Shown in pieces: positions 13,571 through 28,736 of a DNA stretch of 64,000 nt. Positions within the stretch are counted from its first letter, which is position 1, and every line of letters starts with the position of its first letter. A program made the position numbers and the translations under genes. The notes beneath the pieces were generated by a model. It made no database searches, was not told where the DNA came from, and saw only the letters and a list, made by a program, of their open reading frames with translations. Origin of the DNA: Octopus vulgaris (taxonomy: Eukaryota); assembly GCA_951406725.2 (NCBI GenBank), contig OX597837.1:16058001-16122000 (forward strand), given 5' to 3'.

Positions 13571-14399
13571 CACACATACAAACACACACACACACTCAGA
13601 CACGAGCACACACACACATTTGTATTTGGTCCAACCGGAGGATGTGTCCACCATTTGTGTAATTCTGAATCCATTTTCACACCACATCTCCGTCTTCGGT
13701 TTTGCCCTCACTTGCGTTTCTTGGCGAAGAGTAAGTCCTTCTATTATCTCAGATAAAAATTTCTCTTACTGCCTTTTCTAAAAATTGAACCCGTCTACAC
13801 TTTAGAGATATTTAAGGCTTTTCGGCAAGTTATTGATCAGTTGTGATCTGTCGTGTATTGAACTCCTAATCAATATATAGCAAATGCTGTACATTTGTTT
13901 AAATAATTTAAAACCGCAGTCACATGGCATGTATGAGTTTTATGTGGACTCGTCTGGGTTTTTTTTTTGTTGTTGCTTTTATCCATTTATACTCTACGAT
14001 TAAAATAAATGGAGACACACAGTTGATTCCATCTCTACAGGATGATGCTGTTATCCCTTCTCATACATTCTGCTGCTGGTTATGCTTCCGCTTACGGTGA
14101 GATACAAATTCGCAGTTTACATTTATTTGACCCTCGTTCCTATACCAGTGCTTATGAGATAAGTAAATCACAAAACTTGACAGATCCCTTCAACCTTAAG
14201 TTGTTATAATATTGGGTCCACTAAATGAAAGCGTGGGACAGTTCCCATCGACACAGTTTCACACACACAAGACTTGGTTCCATCTCAGACGACCACCCAA
14301 AGCGTCGTCATGCAATAGTTGACCCCAAAACAACGAAACTAAGACGCAAACTTCTTGGCCGCACAGACATGGGTTCCATTCCGCCCAACGGTCTCATTG

Positions 14400-15290
14400 T
14401 TTGAAGTATCTTCTGACCTATGTTCTACAGAACTCTTTTATTATTCTGGCTTTAGTCACAGCACCAACATATGCAACATCCTCATCGATTCCAAGGTATT
14501 TGTAGCTTTCGTCATTAGAGATAGAGGAGGCAGACAAGCCATTGATGTACATGTTCTCTGCCTGGTCGACAACCTTTCCTCGGTTGACACGCACGAGCAT
14601 TTATCTTGCCCAGACTCCATTCTTATATCTCATGTGAATGTTGCGACTATTTCTAATTGTTCCTTGATTTTGGTCATTTTACCAAAATATAGCTTTCAGT
14701 AATCAACAAAAAATGTGTGAGCAACATTAACTTAATTTTTTTCTGCATATCTTAGCATGTAGCCTTGTTATTTTGTTAACAGGGCTGACAAAGGACTCAC
14801 TACCAGTACAAACTGCATTACAGATAGACTATCACCCTGGATTGACTGTCACCCTGTTGATAGCTTAATTCTATTTGTGACAATAGGTTTTGCTTTAGTA
14901 GTTGTCAGTGATAATTATGTGGACCATGCTGTGGTCAGTCTTTCAATGGCATTCCCGATAGCAGCTGGTACTTTAGCAAGATGTAGTGATTCTATCATCC
15001 ACTCACGGGGCACAGAATCGAACGCTTCCTTGTAATCTAGCAATATCGCAAAGAGGTTATGGCAATGTTGCTTGGCTTCCTTAAGGACAGCTTTGTTGAG
15101 GAGGTGCTGTTGAGCACAGCCCGAGACTCTTTTCTTTCCTCTTGCCTCTTCATCGGTTATCACTGCGTTTGTTTGGCAGGGATCTTGGTGAATATATGTA
15201 GAAATGTATGCTGGCGGAGTGTATTATATATTTCTGTAAGGTTTGTAAAGGAGTTTCTGGATTTACCCCTTCCGCCATGGGGCACGGCTC
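14400..15290 (-). mobile_element. R4/Dong-like LINE reverse-transcriptase relic
   Basis: LLDYKEAFDSVPREW, QGDSLS and ESYKYLGI motifs occur across frameshifts. Confidence 0.8.
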
Positions 15291-15353
15291 AGAAGGAAGG
15301 ACGAGGTCATTTGTGTCTGTGTGTGTGTGTGTGTGCAAGGGCGCGCGTGTGTG

Positions 15354-15457
<104 letters not shown>

Positions 15458-16099
15458 GTGTGTATGTGTGTCTCTGTGTATGGTGTGTTGTGTGTGTGTG
15501 CGCTTGTGTTTTGCGATGTTAGCAGTATCCACGTATTTGCTGAGTGAATGTTAATGGAAAGATGGTGGCCTTGAAAGTGATGGGGAAGAAAGGGGCGTCG
15601 GTAAAGGAGGAGGAGGTGGTGGGGACCTGTGTGTGTGTGTGGAGGGTAGTTGTGGGGTCGGATGAAATTTGAGCAGATCAGCGAGCGTGCGCAGTGGTTG
15701 TGTATGTTCGAGGTTTGGAGATGCATGTGCGCTATCTGTGTGTGTGTGTGTGTGTATGTGTGTGTATGTTTATGCGTTTGTTTCTATGTGAGCGCAAGCA
15801 TATATGTGTCTGTATGCAAGTGCGTGTGTGTGCGTGTGTACGTCTGTGAGTGCGCACGTGTGTAAGAGATTTTGGACATTAAAACGATGATGATGATGAT
15901 ATGCATACGTATTTAGATGTGTGTTGTGTTATATGTGTGCTTATGTGTATGTGTGTGTGTACATGCGTGCGCGTATATCGGTATGTGTGATGTGTGTGTA
16001 GCGGGGGCACGGATTTTTGTGCTGTGTGCTAGGTGCGTGTGTGTGTGTGTGTGTGTGCGCGCGCGCGCGTATGTGCCTCAATATGTACGAATGTGTGTG

Positions 16100-16470
16100 A
16101 ATGTCTGTGTGCCTGTGTGCATATGTGTGTGAGAGTGTATGTGGCGTGTGCGTACGTGTGTGTGTGTACGTGTGTGTATGTGGCGTGTGTGTGTGTGTGT
16201 CCGTGAGTGTATGTGTGCGTGTGTGTGTGTGTGTGTCCGTGAGTGTTTGTGTGCGTGTGTGTGTCCGTGAGTGTTTGTGTGCGTGTGTGTGTCCGTGTGT
16301 GTGTGCGTACGTGTGTGTGTGTTCGTGAGTGTATGTGTGTGTGTGTGTGTCCGTGTGTGTGTGTGAGTGTATGTGGCGTGTGTGTGTGTGTGTGTGTGTG
16401 TGTGTCCGTGAGTGTATGTGTGCGTGTGTGTGTGTGTGTGTCTGTGTGTGTGAGCGTGCGTGTGTGTGCA
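16100..16470. repeat. Compound (GT)n-derived minisatellite
   Basis: Recurring units such as gtgtccgtgagtgt and gtatgtggcgtg within (GT)n. Confidence 0.8.
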
Positions 16471-16943
16471 AGTGACAGGTTGTTTACGACTTTTGCTTCG
16501 GTCAATTGATAAGCTGTCATTGTGTCAAGTATGACACTTAAAATCGTGTAGCACTGCGTTCGAATCTCGCCGACGCCACTACACTGTTTTTCACTGCCTC
16601 ACCCGACCCCCGCCTCTCCACCCGACCCCCACCCAACCAGTTATCTGTCTGCTTCGTTGTTTTTTTGCTGTCGCATGAACGAAGTTCATTCACATTGAAA
16701 ATGGAGGAGAAAAGTGAGAGTATTTTTTGCGTTGCTTTTTTATGTTTTTTCATTTCTTTTTTTCTTTTCTCTTTTTTTAAAAACTTTTTGTTATTGCTGT
16801 TTCTAACTCCGTCGCCAGGAGAGGAGGTCATACAGTGTGTTGGTAATATCAGAGATATGGAGTTTGTGGAGAGAGAGAGAGAGAGAATTTACGTTTCGAC
16901 AGCCCGTAGCTTGGCATAATCTGTAGAAAACTACAGCCCGCAT

Positions 16944-17204
16944 TAATGGTTCCCAACTATTTTTTTTACCTATGCCCTCTTTTCATTCCTGCTCTTCTCT
17001 ACTGGACCCTCGTGACCATTCATTGTATATGAAGAAAAGGGCTACTTCATTTTTAAGATTAAATATTATTTAGAATTGTATTTAAAAAGATTGTTAAAAT
17101 ATTTTGTGTATCGTAGAAGTAAAACTAATTTATCGCTCATAAATTTAAACAACAAAATCTTTTGGGCCCCCAAGGGTCGTATGGGCCTCAGTTGAGAACC
17201 CCTG
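16944..17204. mobile_element. hAT-like MITE
   Basis: Degenerate TIRs taatggttcccaac ... gttgagaacccctg (CAGGGGTTCTCAAC type). Confidence 0.55.
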
Positions 17205-17399
17205 GTCTATATAAAGACACGGTCTAAAGATAGTTAGATTCTGTGGAAAGACGCTATTTGGCTTTAGTCTTTAGACCTTTCACTTTTGTTTTCTTTACTC
17301 GTTTCAGTTATTGGACTGCGACCACGCTGGGCTACCGTCCTTATGGGTTTAGGCGGACAAAATACCCCTGGACATATATTTTAAGCCGCACCTGTATAA

Positions 17400-17950
17400 G
17401 TGACATCTTATGAACAGACGAAAGTTTATAGATAGTCAATAGAAATGAACTATACAAAGGCAGTTTATACAGTCATGATGCCTGTTTATAGACAGTCACA
17501 ATATCTAACCACAGTTAATAAATAGACACATTCTATGGATAGATAAATGTCTGTAGATACACAGTTTATAGATGGTTAGTCACAAAATCTGAATAGCCAT
17601 TATCTATAAACGGACCAAATCTGTGGATAGAGAGACAGTCTATGGACAATCATAAGCTCTACATAGAAACAGTCTACAGATAGACATCCTCAGTAAATAA
17701 GTCTATAGACCGGTCTAGAGATAAACAAATCTATACAGAGTTAGACGGAAAGATAACAGATAGACAGACAGGCAAGTAGGTAGATAGATAGATGGATAGA
17801 TAGATATAGTTTGTAAATACAGTTATAGATAGATAAAAACTATAGACAGATGCAATCTATAGTTAGACACAGATTAAAGATAGTCACATTCTGTAGATAG
17901 CATATTCTATAGATAGACACAGTCTTTGGTAACATAGTTTATAGAGAAAG
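17400..17950. repeat. Degenerate minisatellite of about 20 bp (agtctatagatagacac-like)
   Basis: Periodic tctatagatagac variants. Confidence 0.7.
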
Positions 17951-18203
17951 TTGGTAATATGTGTGTCGAATGAAAATACCTTGTGTGGTATTTATTTCGG
18001 CCCGAGTTTCTCAAACACTCCCTTATAATTCCTGGTCAATGAAGCAGCGATTGGCTTCTGAGAGACCTTGTAACGACCAACGACGCCTCCGACAACAAAA
18101 TGCATGATATAAAATATAAGATAGTAAATAATATAAAAATTAATAAAATGAGAAAGAAAAGGAAAGGAAAATGGGGTTTAAGAAGCTGGATGCTGTTCCT
18201 TAC

Positions 18204-18281
18204 CTGCCCCGGCACGGCAAAAGCTGTCTACAAGACCTTCGAATGTATCGGGTTCTTTACATGGTTGACAGATATTATCTT
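18204..18281 (-). CDS. SFRP: Internal 78-bp coding exon of the same sFRP gene (start of the NTR domain)
   Basis: Minus strand reads tttcag|AA GAT AAT ATC TGT CAA CCA TGT AAA GAA CCC GAT ACA TTC GAA GGT CTT GTA GAC AGC TTT TGC CGT GCC GGG GCA G|gtaag = xDNICQPCKEPDTFEGLVDSFCRAGA. It is phase 1/1 and joins in frame to the terminal exon (G+TG = Val). The CxxC...FC pattern matches the short middle exon of sFRP1/2/5. Confidence 0.9.
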
Positions 18282-18593
18282 CTGAAAGCAAATGCGAAAC
18301 AAACATTGGTGTTAATATGGCGAAATTAAAGCTGTCTTAATTTGACTCAAAAGTCCAGTTAACGAGACAATCAGGGAGTCTTTATGCACAATCAGCCGAA
18401 CCATCAAATCTAATTTTACACTTTACTCTCTTAAAAAAAAGGAAGAATTCAGTAAATGTACTTCAAGAAAAAGATGAATTTGCCATTTTTAAAAAAAATA
18501 ATATGGTTGTTCGATCAAAGCTGATTTGGAAGGAGCAACCGTGAAAAGGTGGATTCGCAACGTGGTCGCTCTCTTTCTTTCTTCCTCTCTCTC

Positions 18594-18651
<58 letters not shown>

Positions 18652-19088
18652 TATACAAACCAATACGCCCTAGCGTCTCTAAAAAACGGACATATTGGAT
18701 GATGTAATCCTAGATAGATGACCTACAAAAACAAAATATGGGCATGTTTCCAGGAGGACCCAACCTTTAATCGTGAGTTTTTTGGTCATTAGAGCTGCCC
18801 TCTGGTTAAATACCAGGGAAAGCAATAATAATAGCAACAAGGATTACGACAACAACAACAACAACAATACAAACAATTTCCACACGTTATTATTTATAGC
18901 TTTATCTACTTCAAGTTCGACCGTTAAAACGAATTATTTCATGTTCTTTCGAAGTTTCTAAATTCTTATAACGTAAACAATGTGTGTGTATGTGTGTGTG
19001 TGTGTCTGTGCGTGCGTGCTTGTGTAAGTATGAATATATGTATGTATATTACATTATATATAAAGATATACATCTATCTATCTATCTA

Positions 19089-19119
<31 letters not shown>

Positions 19120-19484
19120 GTATATCTTTATATTATAATGTGTGTGTGTGTGTAAACTAAAACTGTGCCCGGACATGTAACTCAGAATGGCCAGTGGCTT
19201 GCATTTGAACAACATAGACAAAATACAGGTATAGCAAATGTTATACAACAGAAAGTCCTGATTGCTGAAATTTTCTCCATCTCTAGAGGAAGTCTCACAA
19301 TTATAGAAAGATATATACTCTCTCTCTCCCTCTCTCTGTCACTCATGCACGCGTGCGCGCACACACACACACACACACAGTGGTTCTTGTTTTCTTTTCA
19401 TACACATCATTATACATGATCTTCCATTGTCTTGCTTCTCGACTGACTGGTTTTCTATCGAATTAATATCAATTAATATACAAA

Positions 19485-19675
19485 TATTAGTTTGTCAGAT
19501 AAATTCGTTCATATTTTAAGATTTGCCACTCTGTCGTCATATGTCTGAAAAAAGGTGACATTTATTCAAATTTCAAAAAGACAAACTAAAGTTGCAGAGG
19601 AAGAGCAGAGTTACAAAATATATTTTTTTCGTGCAAGAGAAAGAAGCCGTACGAATTTATCTGACAACTTTAATA
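19485..19675. mobile_element. Tc1/mariner-type MITE
   Basis: TIRs tattagtttgtcagataaattcgt ... acgaatttatctgacaactttaata, with TA at both ends. Confidence 0.7.
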
Positions 19676-20207
19676 AGTTATCTGATGAACAGAAACACAC
19701 AGCACAGCGGAGAGATCAATATAGATATCAATTAATTATTCGAGTTATCAATACTTGCATTTTGTTATGCAAATTAGGCCTACCTAATTAGATTTAATAT
19801 TGCATATGTAATAATTAAGTTAAATTTAATATTCTGTTCGTGGTCCCAGACAGGTAAGCGATATTTGGAGAAGTGATGGTGAATGAGGAACAGCACCAGA
19901 TCAAACATCTTTTACTGGCCACAGACAGACAGAGAGAGAGAGAGAGAGAGAAATCGTGTGATATGAACGACGACATTTTGTTTTTTAACAATAAAGCTAA
20001 TGGTCTGCTTACAAAACACCTTATATTTCTATTATATGTGCAAATACAAACAGACAGACACACGAATAAGGAGGTAAAGGAAGAGTAGGAGGAGGACGAG
20101 GAGACGAAGGAAAAGAAGAAAGAGAAGAAGAAAACAAGAAGAAAAAAGAACAAAGCGTAATATATGTATATACATGCATATATATATATATATATTTATA
20201 TATATAC

Positions 20208-20240
<33 letters not shown>

Positions 20241-20241
20241 C

Positions 20242-20477
<236 letters not shown>

Positions 20478-20999
20478 TTATGTAAGAAGCAAAGATGACC
20501 AATTTGTTAATGATATATTATTAACTTCCTACTCTCTATTTTTTCTTCGTTTAACTGTATATGAACTATATGTATATGTGTGTGTACATACATATATATA
20601 TATACATACATATACATAGATACATATACATACACACACACACATATATATATATCTATGTATATGTATGTATATATATCAATAATACAGTGATTGTTTC
20701 TTGTCAGGAACAAAAAGATTAATGAACTTTTTTCTCGCACCTTATTATATGCTTGTATGCTTGTATAGATGAATTATGTTTCATCTTCCGTGATGTCTAA
20801 ATGTATATTCTATGATTAAAAGTTCGAATTATGAAATGTTATGCGGATGACCTTGCATTTGTTTGTTCTTTAACCTTTGTTTGATATATATATATATATA
20901 TATATACATGCATACATGTGCACACACACACATATGACAAAGAGTGACAATCATATGTGGTTGTGATCCTAGACGTTGTCACTATCATTGTTATATTTT

Positions 21000-21680
21000 C
21001 AAACTTTAGCCCAAGGCACCGAGTTCGGGGGGGATTAGTAATTTGATGACATCGACCCCCAGCTCTCAAGGGGTACTTCTTTTATCGACCCCGGAAGGAA
21101 TGAAAGGCATAGCCAAACTCGGTGGCATTTGAACTCAGAATGTAAAATCGGACAAAATGTTGCTTAGTTTAGCAGCATTTTGTTCGCCGCGCCAACGACT
21201 CTGCCAGCTGGCCGCCTTAACATTAAGAGTTATAGTAAGAGGATGATTATGGCGACAAGTTGGCACAATCGTTTTTATGTTCTAAATTCAAATGCCGCCG
21301 GGGTCAACTTTTCCCTTCTAAACACTGGGGTCGATCTAATCGATTTACGGCCCTGCCCCTTCGAAACTCCTGGTCTTGTGCCAAAATTTGAAACCAATAT
21401 TGCTCTTAATATTGATTTTGATATTGATATTAATATTGATCTTAATAAGGATTTTAATATTGATCTTAATATTATTATTTGCACCGACAAAATTGACAAA
21501 GCGTTGGAAAAATGCTTTGCTGTTTCAAATCCCACCAAGATCAACTTACATTCGTCCGTGGTCGATAAATGAAGACACAAGAAGGGAAAATAATGAATAG
21601 CACCGACCCAGAGTCGTTGGTGGCAACTATTTCCCCCGCCCCTCAAAATTATTGACCTCGTGGACTTAAGTTAGAAACTT
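21000..21680. mobile_element. Cluster of family B SINEs (one minus copy, two degenerate plus copies) with a 12-bp tandem repeat at about 21397-21475
   Basis: Shared core (t)tcatcctttcggggtcgataaa..gtaccag, which resembles the MetaSINE central domain, and the B box ttctgagttcaaat. Confidence 0.7.
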
Positions 21681-22399
21681 TTGTAATTGTTATTATTTAA
21701 AACGTCGTGTGAAGAAGAACACCAAGAAGAAGAAGGAGAGGAAGGACACGAAGAAGGAGGTAGAGGAAGAGGAGAAGGAGGGCGAGGACGAGGAGACGAA
21801 GGAAAAGAAGAAAGAGAAGACAAAGAAGAAAAAAGAACAAGAAAAACAAGAAGGGGAGAAAGAAGGAGAAAAAGAGGAGGACGAGAAGAAGGAGAAAGCA
21901 AGATGAGGAGAAGGCGAAGGATAAGGAGAAAATGGAGGAGGAGGAGGAGGAGGAGAAGAAGAAGAAGAAGACGAAGAAGAAGAAGAAAAAGAAAGAAAAG
22001 AATAAGGAGGAGAAGAAGAAAAAGAAGGAGAAGAAGAAGAAGAAGAAGAAAGCATAATATAGAGAGAGCCTTTAGTTGCTGGGATCCCTCCTCCACAGTC
22101 CTAGCTCCCACCACTACCACTGCCATAACCGTTATTTCCATCCTGCCCCTAAGTTCATTGACAATCCTTCGACATGTTTTAATGAGGACTGGCATGGTAA
22201 GGGGTCTATTAGAACGATGTGGGGTTTCATCTGACACTTTTAGGGGCGAGGAACAACTTAATTTTGGCATCTTGGCCGACATTTCGGAATGAACGGAGAA
22301 AATGTAAAATACACAAAGCCAGACGCACACATAGAGGCAGGCATACACACATACACACCAAGAACTGCATGAAGAAAACTATACGGGTATATACATACA

Positions 22400-22451
<52 letters not shown>

Positions 22452-22470
22452 ATGTGTGTGTATGTATGTA

Positions 22471-22513
<43 letters not shown>

Positions 22514-22900
22514 GCACATAAATACATACATACATATATATACATATACATTCGTCAGAGATACTAACACACCGCACGCAACGCAGTTGTAAATGGTGAT
22601 GTGTGTGTGTGTAGAGGCTTAGGTGTGTGGTTAAAAGTTCGCTTTACAGTAACGTGGTTTTAGATTTGACTTTACTGCACAGCACCCTGGGGCAAGTGAC
22701 CTCTACTATAACGCCGGAATGAATACATACATACACACACGCACACATACATATATGCATACATACACACACGCACACATACATACATACATACATACAT
22801 ACATACATACATACATACATACATACATACATAAATACCCTGTTGATGTTGAAATTTCAGTGAAGGAGGTTTGGATCTAGGTTAGAAACCGACTCTCTAA

Positions 22901-22956
<56 letters not shown>

Positions 22957-23641
22957 TTATATATATGTATATAGAGAGAATAAAAATAAGAATAAATGAA
23001 ATTTATCATGGAATTTATAATCTAATTGTGTTCGACATCTGCTTCAACAGAGTCATCATGTATATAAATACGTAATTGATATAAAAGTGACGAATCCTAT
23101 TTCTTCAGAAGAAAAGACTTGAACTGAAATCCAGCGCGCGCATTGCCACGCGCAGGCGCCGTGCGAGTTGTCGTCTTTATAGATGCTAACATTTACGTCT
23201 ATGCTGTGGTGTGTATATATTATCTTCTGGTTAGATACGGACATTAAAATTTAAGAAGCTTCTGTGCTTTAGGTATAGATGTGGTTGCTGCTGCCGTTGT
23301 TTAATGTTCGATCTCTGGTGATCGACCGGACCTACGGCCAAAATCATTTCATCTGGTAAAGGTGTATTTGGAAATACCTTATCCTATTTCGTTACTCATT
23401 GGGAATGATCATCAGGAGATTTTGACCGGCTGCTAATTCTAGCAGATTAATCGACCACGGAGAGGTTCCCTTATTGGTCTTTCAACTGATGTACCATTCA
23501 CATCTGTTTGGCATCTTTTTAACGTGTCAGTTCCGTTGTATCAGTCTTTACATTGGAATGTTCTACCAATATAGTAAAAGAAAATGTAAGCATCTCTAAT
23601 CTGTCTTAAACACTTTTACCAAGGTCTTATCTATCTATCTA

Positions 23642-23722
<81 letters not shown>

Positions 23723-23838
23723 ATTGACCTGCTCGCTTAGCCAGCGGGATGCGTCATTTGAAGGCAACATTTCACGTGTAGTTACATTTTGTAGTTACAT
23801 GTATACATGCATACATATCTGTATATAGAGGTAAATGC

Positions 23839-23911
<73 letters not shown>

Positions 23912-24232
23912 TGTATATGTTGATGGTTTTATTTTTCGAATTTCTCACCAATGGAGAAAAGGCCAGTTCTTAACCTTGGCACAAGGTTCTTGCATTAAAA
24001 TATAAACAACCTCAAACAGGGTAGTCGTGTATCTATGTATGTATGTATATGTATGTGTGTGTGTGTGTGTGTGTATGCATTCATGCCTGCATAGACACAT
24101 CTCTGTTATATATATGTATGCATTGTATATGAGCATCGACATATGTGTGTGTATGTATGTATATCCGTCTGTGCATATGTGTGTATGCATGCCAATTACT
24201 CTATTGTTTATGTAATAGCATATGTCAAAACT

Positions 24233-24276
<44 letters not shown>

Positions 24277-24279
24277 ATG

Positions 24280-24324
<45 letters not shown>

Positions 24325-24631
24325 GTAATATACCACGACACACTGCCTGCATGTATTCTACAGCAGAAATAAAATGAACAAAACCCGCGCAACGCCATTA
24401 TTCCGCCAGGAAACAACAAGACGACTCCTACCCGAATAAGACAAAACAGATGTACCACCCTACAAACACGATTCTGCATCCCTCTCCGTCCTGCTTCCCT
24501 CAAGACAATGCAGCACGAACACCCCCCACCTACCCTCCATCCCCGGAACATCGTGCTGTGCACTTGGTGATGCAGATATTTGCCTGCATGAAACTGATTA
24601 TATGATGATGATGATGGTGATGATAATGATG

Positions 24632-24683
<52 letters not shown>

Positions 24684-24890
24684 GAGCATTGAGAAGAGCA
24701 TTGTCGATGTGAGAACTATTACTACCCATGTATATTAATTTAACTTTATTTCTATTAAAAAAAAATGAACGAACTAGTGAGTTTAGTTTAATGACCTACC
24801 AATGTATACTATGAGTTTCTTTGCCCTAGGAGTCGGGAAGACACTCGGCAAGAAATGGAAGCAAATTTGAAAGAAGAGGAAAAACCCATA

Positions 24891-24975
<85 letters not shown>

Positions 24976-25139
24976 CCAAACTTTGCTACAAGGGGCAGCA
25001 ATTTTGTGGGAGGGGCTGAGTATAATTTATGGAAAGTTATCTGAGAATGGTGAATATGGTTGGAAGAAAGTGCTAAGGTGATTTTTCTGAATGGAAGAAG
25101 AAATCGTGTTGGAAAAGAGGGTGGTAAGGTGATTATCAC

Positions 25140-25550
25140 GATGGACTCGGCCGATTGTCGCATTCATCCTACACACGTCAACCGCTGGTCAACGTAACTC
25201 CACAAGCCAGCGATGGTCGGACGCGGCACGAGCGCGCTGTGTGTGCCTCTCTGGCAATACCACCGAGCGGGACTGCTCAAGATGCCTGTAGACTTTAACG
25301 CGGTAGCACTTCCAAAGTTATCCCTGGTAGTTTCGTCCCCGAATGACCAAAACAAACCAGTTTGTTGGTCCTCGTCGACGCCTGGAGTTTCTCCGTCAAT
25401 ATCATCGCTCCTTCGCATCTCCAGATTTCTATATATTGCTATCGTAAAATGCCAACCGACCGCTTAGCACCGACTGGTGGAGGGCGATGGGAACCATACG
25501 AGTTTCCAGGTGCCAGGCACCTCAATGACTACCAATGCTCTGCGAAAGAG
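25140..25550 (-). mobile_element. Degenerate RTE-like LINE 3' relic
   Basis: One frame reads TRTNKLVCFGHSG, resembling the RTE C-terminal 'RKLxxFGH' motif; there are multiple stops and frameshifts. Confidence 0.35.
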
Positions 25551-25780
25551 GTGGTGGGGGAAAAGGCTAATTAAGCAGGTAGAAATGAAGGACAGAGGAG
25601 GGGGAAAGAGAAAATGATGGGGGCAGGTATGAGGTTAGAGTGGTTGTTGTGGGGGGGGGGGATTAGAGGCAGCAGCATGAATTGAGTCTCATCAATTTGT
25701 TATTTTGCGGTCGGTCGTACTTCTTGTAATTTTTCAAGCATTGAAGAGCTCATCATCAGGACCATTACTATTACGACTAT

Positions 25781-25821
<41 letters not shown>

Positions 25822-26284
25822 CTATCATCATCTTCATCACAACCTTCATCACGACAATCCCCTTTTCTCCGACACCTCTTCCTCTTTCTCCCCCTCCACC
25901 ACCATCATCATCACCAACGTTATATCCGCTGTCGTCATCAACGCCCCCTCCTTCCAATATAATAATAATAATAATGATAATAATCGACTTCATTACCCGC
26001 TAGGTGGCCGGTCTAAACAAGGGGCAGGGCCGGCTGCTACCGCTGACCTCTACAAACAACTCACCTTGCTGCCCCGCCTCGACTGTAGCATTCCAATATT
26101 CCAATTAACCTGTTCGAATTGAGTTTCTTTTTAATATACCCCCCCCCAACACCTAGACATACTTCTATATGTGTTTATGTAGGTGTGACATATATAAATG
26201 CATGTGTGTACGTGTGTATGTGTGAGTTTGTGTATATGTGTGTTTGTGTATGTCTATATGTTGTGAGTGTGTGTGTGTGTGTGT

Positions 26285-26335
<51 letters not shown>

Positions 26336-26734
26336 CCCATCTAATTCAGGGAAAGCATTCATTTGGCAGGCACACCTAACCCCTTCGATTGGGGGAGGGC
26401 AGGGGGATGGGGCTGAGACGGGGCGCATGGTGGCAAATATGAAAAAATAAAATACAAAGGGACCAAAAAAACCAAGTTCAAGTCCATTTATCGACCCTGC
26501 TTCCCGTTAGGCCGCGCTCGTCCTTTCTTCCCCCCACTTCTGTGCCACGGTTTTCGTGTCAAGAAACCCCCCGCGTTCGTTGAAAACCAACCAGCCGTGA
26601 GATTTTCAGGTTTTGTGTGTGTGTGTGTGTGTGTGCATAACCTTCTGTTTGGGTTTCCAGTTTTGTAGTGTTTGCTGCTGATGGTACTCCTCCCCCTCCT
26701 CTTCCACCTCCTCCTCCTCCTACTCCTCCTCCTC

Positions 26735-26783
<49 letters not shown>

Positions 26784-27072
26784 AACATTCCATAATGTTT
26801 TTTTTATAATTTTACAATCACTAAAAGGAGAATGGCGAGCTGAGGTGTGAGTCGGGTGTGGGTCGGGTGGGTGAGAGGCTGAGTGGATGAATTAGGCGGT
26901 GACAAGATGCATGGGAAGGGGAGGGGGTCGAGCGAAGTGGATGGTGAGGGGGACGGTGGATCGATGGTGATGACCAGGGCGTGTCTTCCTTCAGCAACAA
27001 GAACAGAAGATGTGAGGAATTGAAAAAGGAAAGAGAGAGAGAAAGGAAAATAAGAGGGGAGAGAGGAGAGGT

Positions 27073-27116
<44 letters not shown>

Positions 27117-27900
27117 AGAACGAATGAAAGGGCGAAGGGAGAAAGGAAAAACGGAAGGAAGGAAGAAATGAAGGAAGAGTGAAAAAAGGGAAGAGAAAAA
27201 TAAATAAATAAAGAGTGGAAAAAAAGGGGAAAGAGAAAAAGAAAGAAAGAAATAGAAAAAAAGAGACAGAAAGAGGAAGAGAAAAGAAAGAAAGAAAAGA
27301 ATGAATGAAAGAGGGAAGAGACAGAACGAAAGAGAGGAAAAAGAGAAAAGAGATAAAGAAAGAAAGAAGGGGAAAGAGAAAATGAAAGAAATAAAAAGAA
27401 AAGAGAAAGAATTGGTGAGAGAGTGAAAGAGAGAGAAAAAGGGAGAAAGAAACCGAGAAAGAAAGGAATGAAGAAGCAAGAAAGAAAGAAGAAAGGAAGG
27501 AAAGTCGTGAGTGGAGGATTGAGTGTGGAAACTATGGTGGACGTTGAAATGATTTTGGTTCTGCGCACGTGAAGAGAGAGAGAGAGAGAGAGATGTCCTG
27601 TCTCTTGATATTAGGGGGGAGGGAGAGAGAGAGAGAAAGAGAGAGTGGTGAAGAGGGGGGAAAAGTTGAAAAGATGAATGGCAAATATATTTTTGATTTC
27701 TTTTACAGTTTGTTTCTTAAAGTCTGGCTGACCTTCACCTTCAGGTCAAACGATTATGAGGTAAGATTCTGGTGTGTGGAATGAGGGACAGAAAAAAAAG
27801 AGAGAGGGAGGAGGAAAGAGAGAGTGAAACAGAGAGAAGTTTGCTGGTTAGGTAGATGGACAGAGAGAAAGATATACATATATATGTATAAGCATACACA

Positions 27901-27958
<58 letters not shown>

Positions 27959-28033
27959 GATATATATAAATATATACACACATATATACATATATATATA
28001 GATGGATGCAAGTATCTTTGTATGTAAAGATAC

Positions 28034-28095
<62 letters not shown>

Positions 28096-28243
28096 ACATA
28101 TACCCGCATGCGGGTGAGTGGAGAAACGAAAGAAAGAGGCACTGAACACATTTAGTAGGAGTTACAGGTTACTGGGGACGAAAGGCAAAGTTAACCGCAG
28201 CAGAATTTGAACTCAGAACGTAAAACTGGAAGAAATGCCGCTC

Positions 28244-28300
<57 letters not shown>

Positions 28301-28429
28301 TAATAATAATAATAATAATAATAAAAATGATGATAATAATAATAATAATAATAATAAAAATGATGATGATGATGAAATTAACGATAACAGCAACAACAAG
28401 GATAGCAATAATAGTTTCACCTTTTGCAA

Positions 28430-28635
28430 CAATGCCACTTATTGTGGGTGGGGGGAGAGTGTAAGTCGACCACATCGACCCCAGTGCTCGACTGACTGGT
28501 ACTTATTTTATTGACCCCAAAGGATGACTGGCAAAGTCGACCCTGGCCACATTCGAACTCAGAACGTAACGATGGACAAAATACCGCTAAGCATTTTACC
28601 CGGAATGCTAACGATTCTGCCAGCTCGTCGCCTTG
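28430..28635 (-). mobile_element. Family B SINE
   Basis: Reverse complement of ggcgacgagctggcagaatcgttagca...gttctgagttcgaat...ggggtcaataaaataagtaccag. Confidence 0.8.
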
Positions 28636-28675
28636 ACAACAACAATAATAATAACAATCATGATCATGAGGATGG

Positions 28676-28736
<61 letters not shown>

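Noticed and set aside
18510-18522. TCF/LEF site (ATCAAAG) near the small exon as a Wnt feedback element
   Set aside because: A single 7-mer is expected several times by chance in 64 kb of AT-rich DNA.
19682-19700. CTGATGA-ACA-GAAAC as a hammerhead
   Set aside because: Only 3 nt where stem II should be, and no GUH triplet or stem I partner.
25164-25467. Overlapping 84-aa ORFs as an sFRP exon
   Set aside because: No CRD or NTR features; better explained as a decayed RTE-like LINE.
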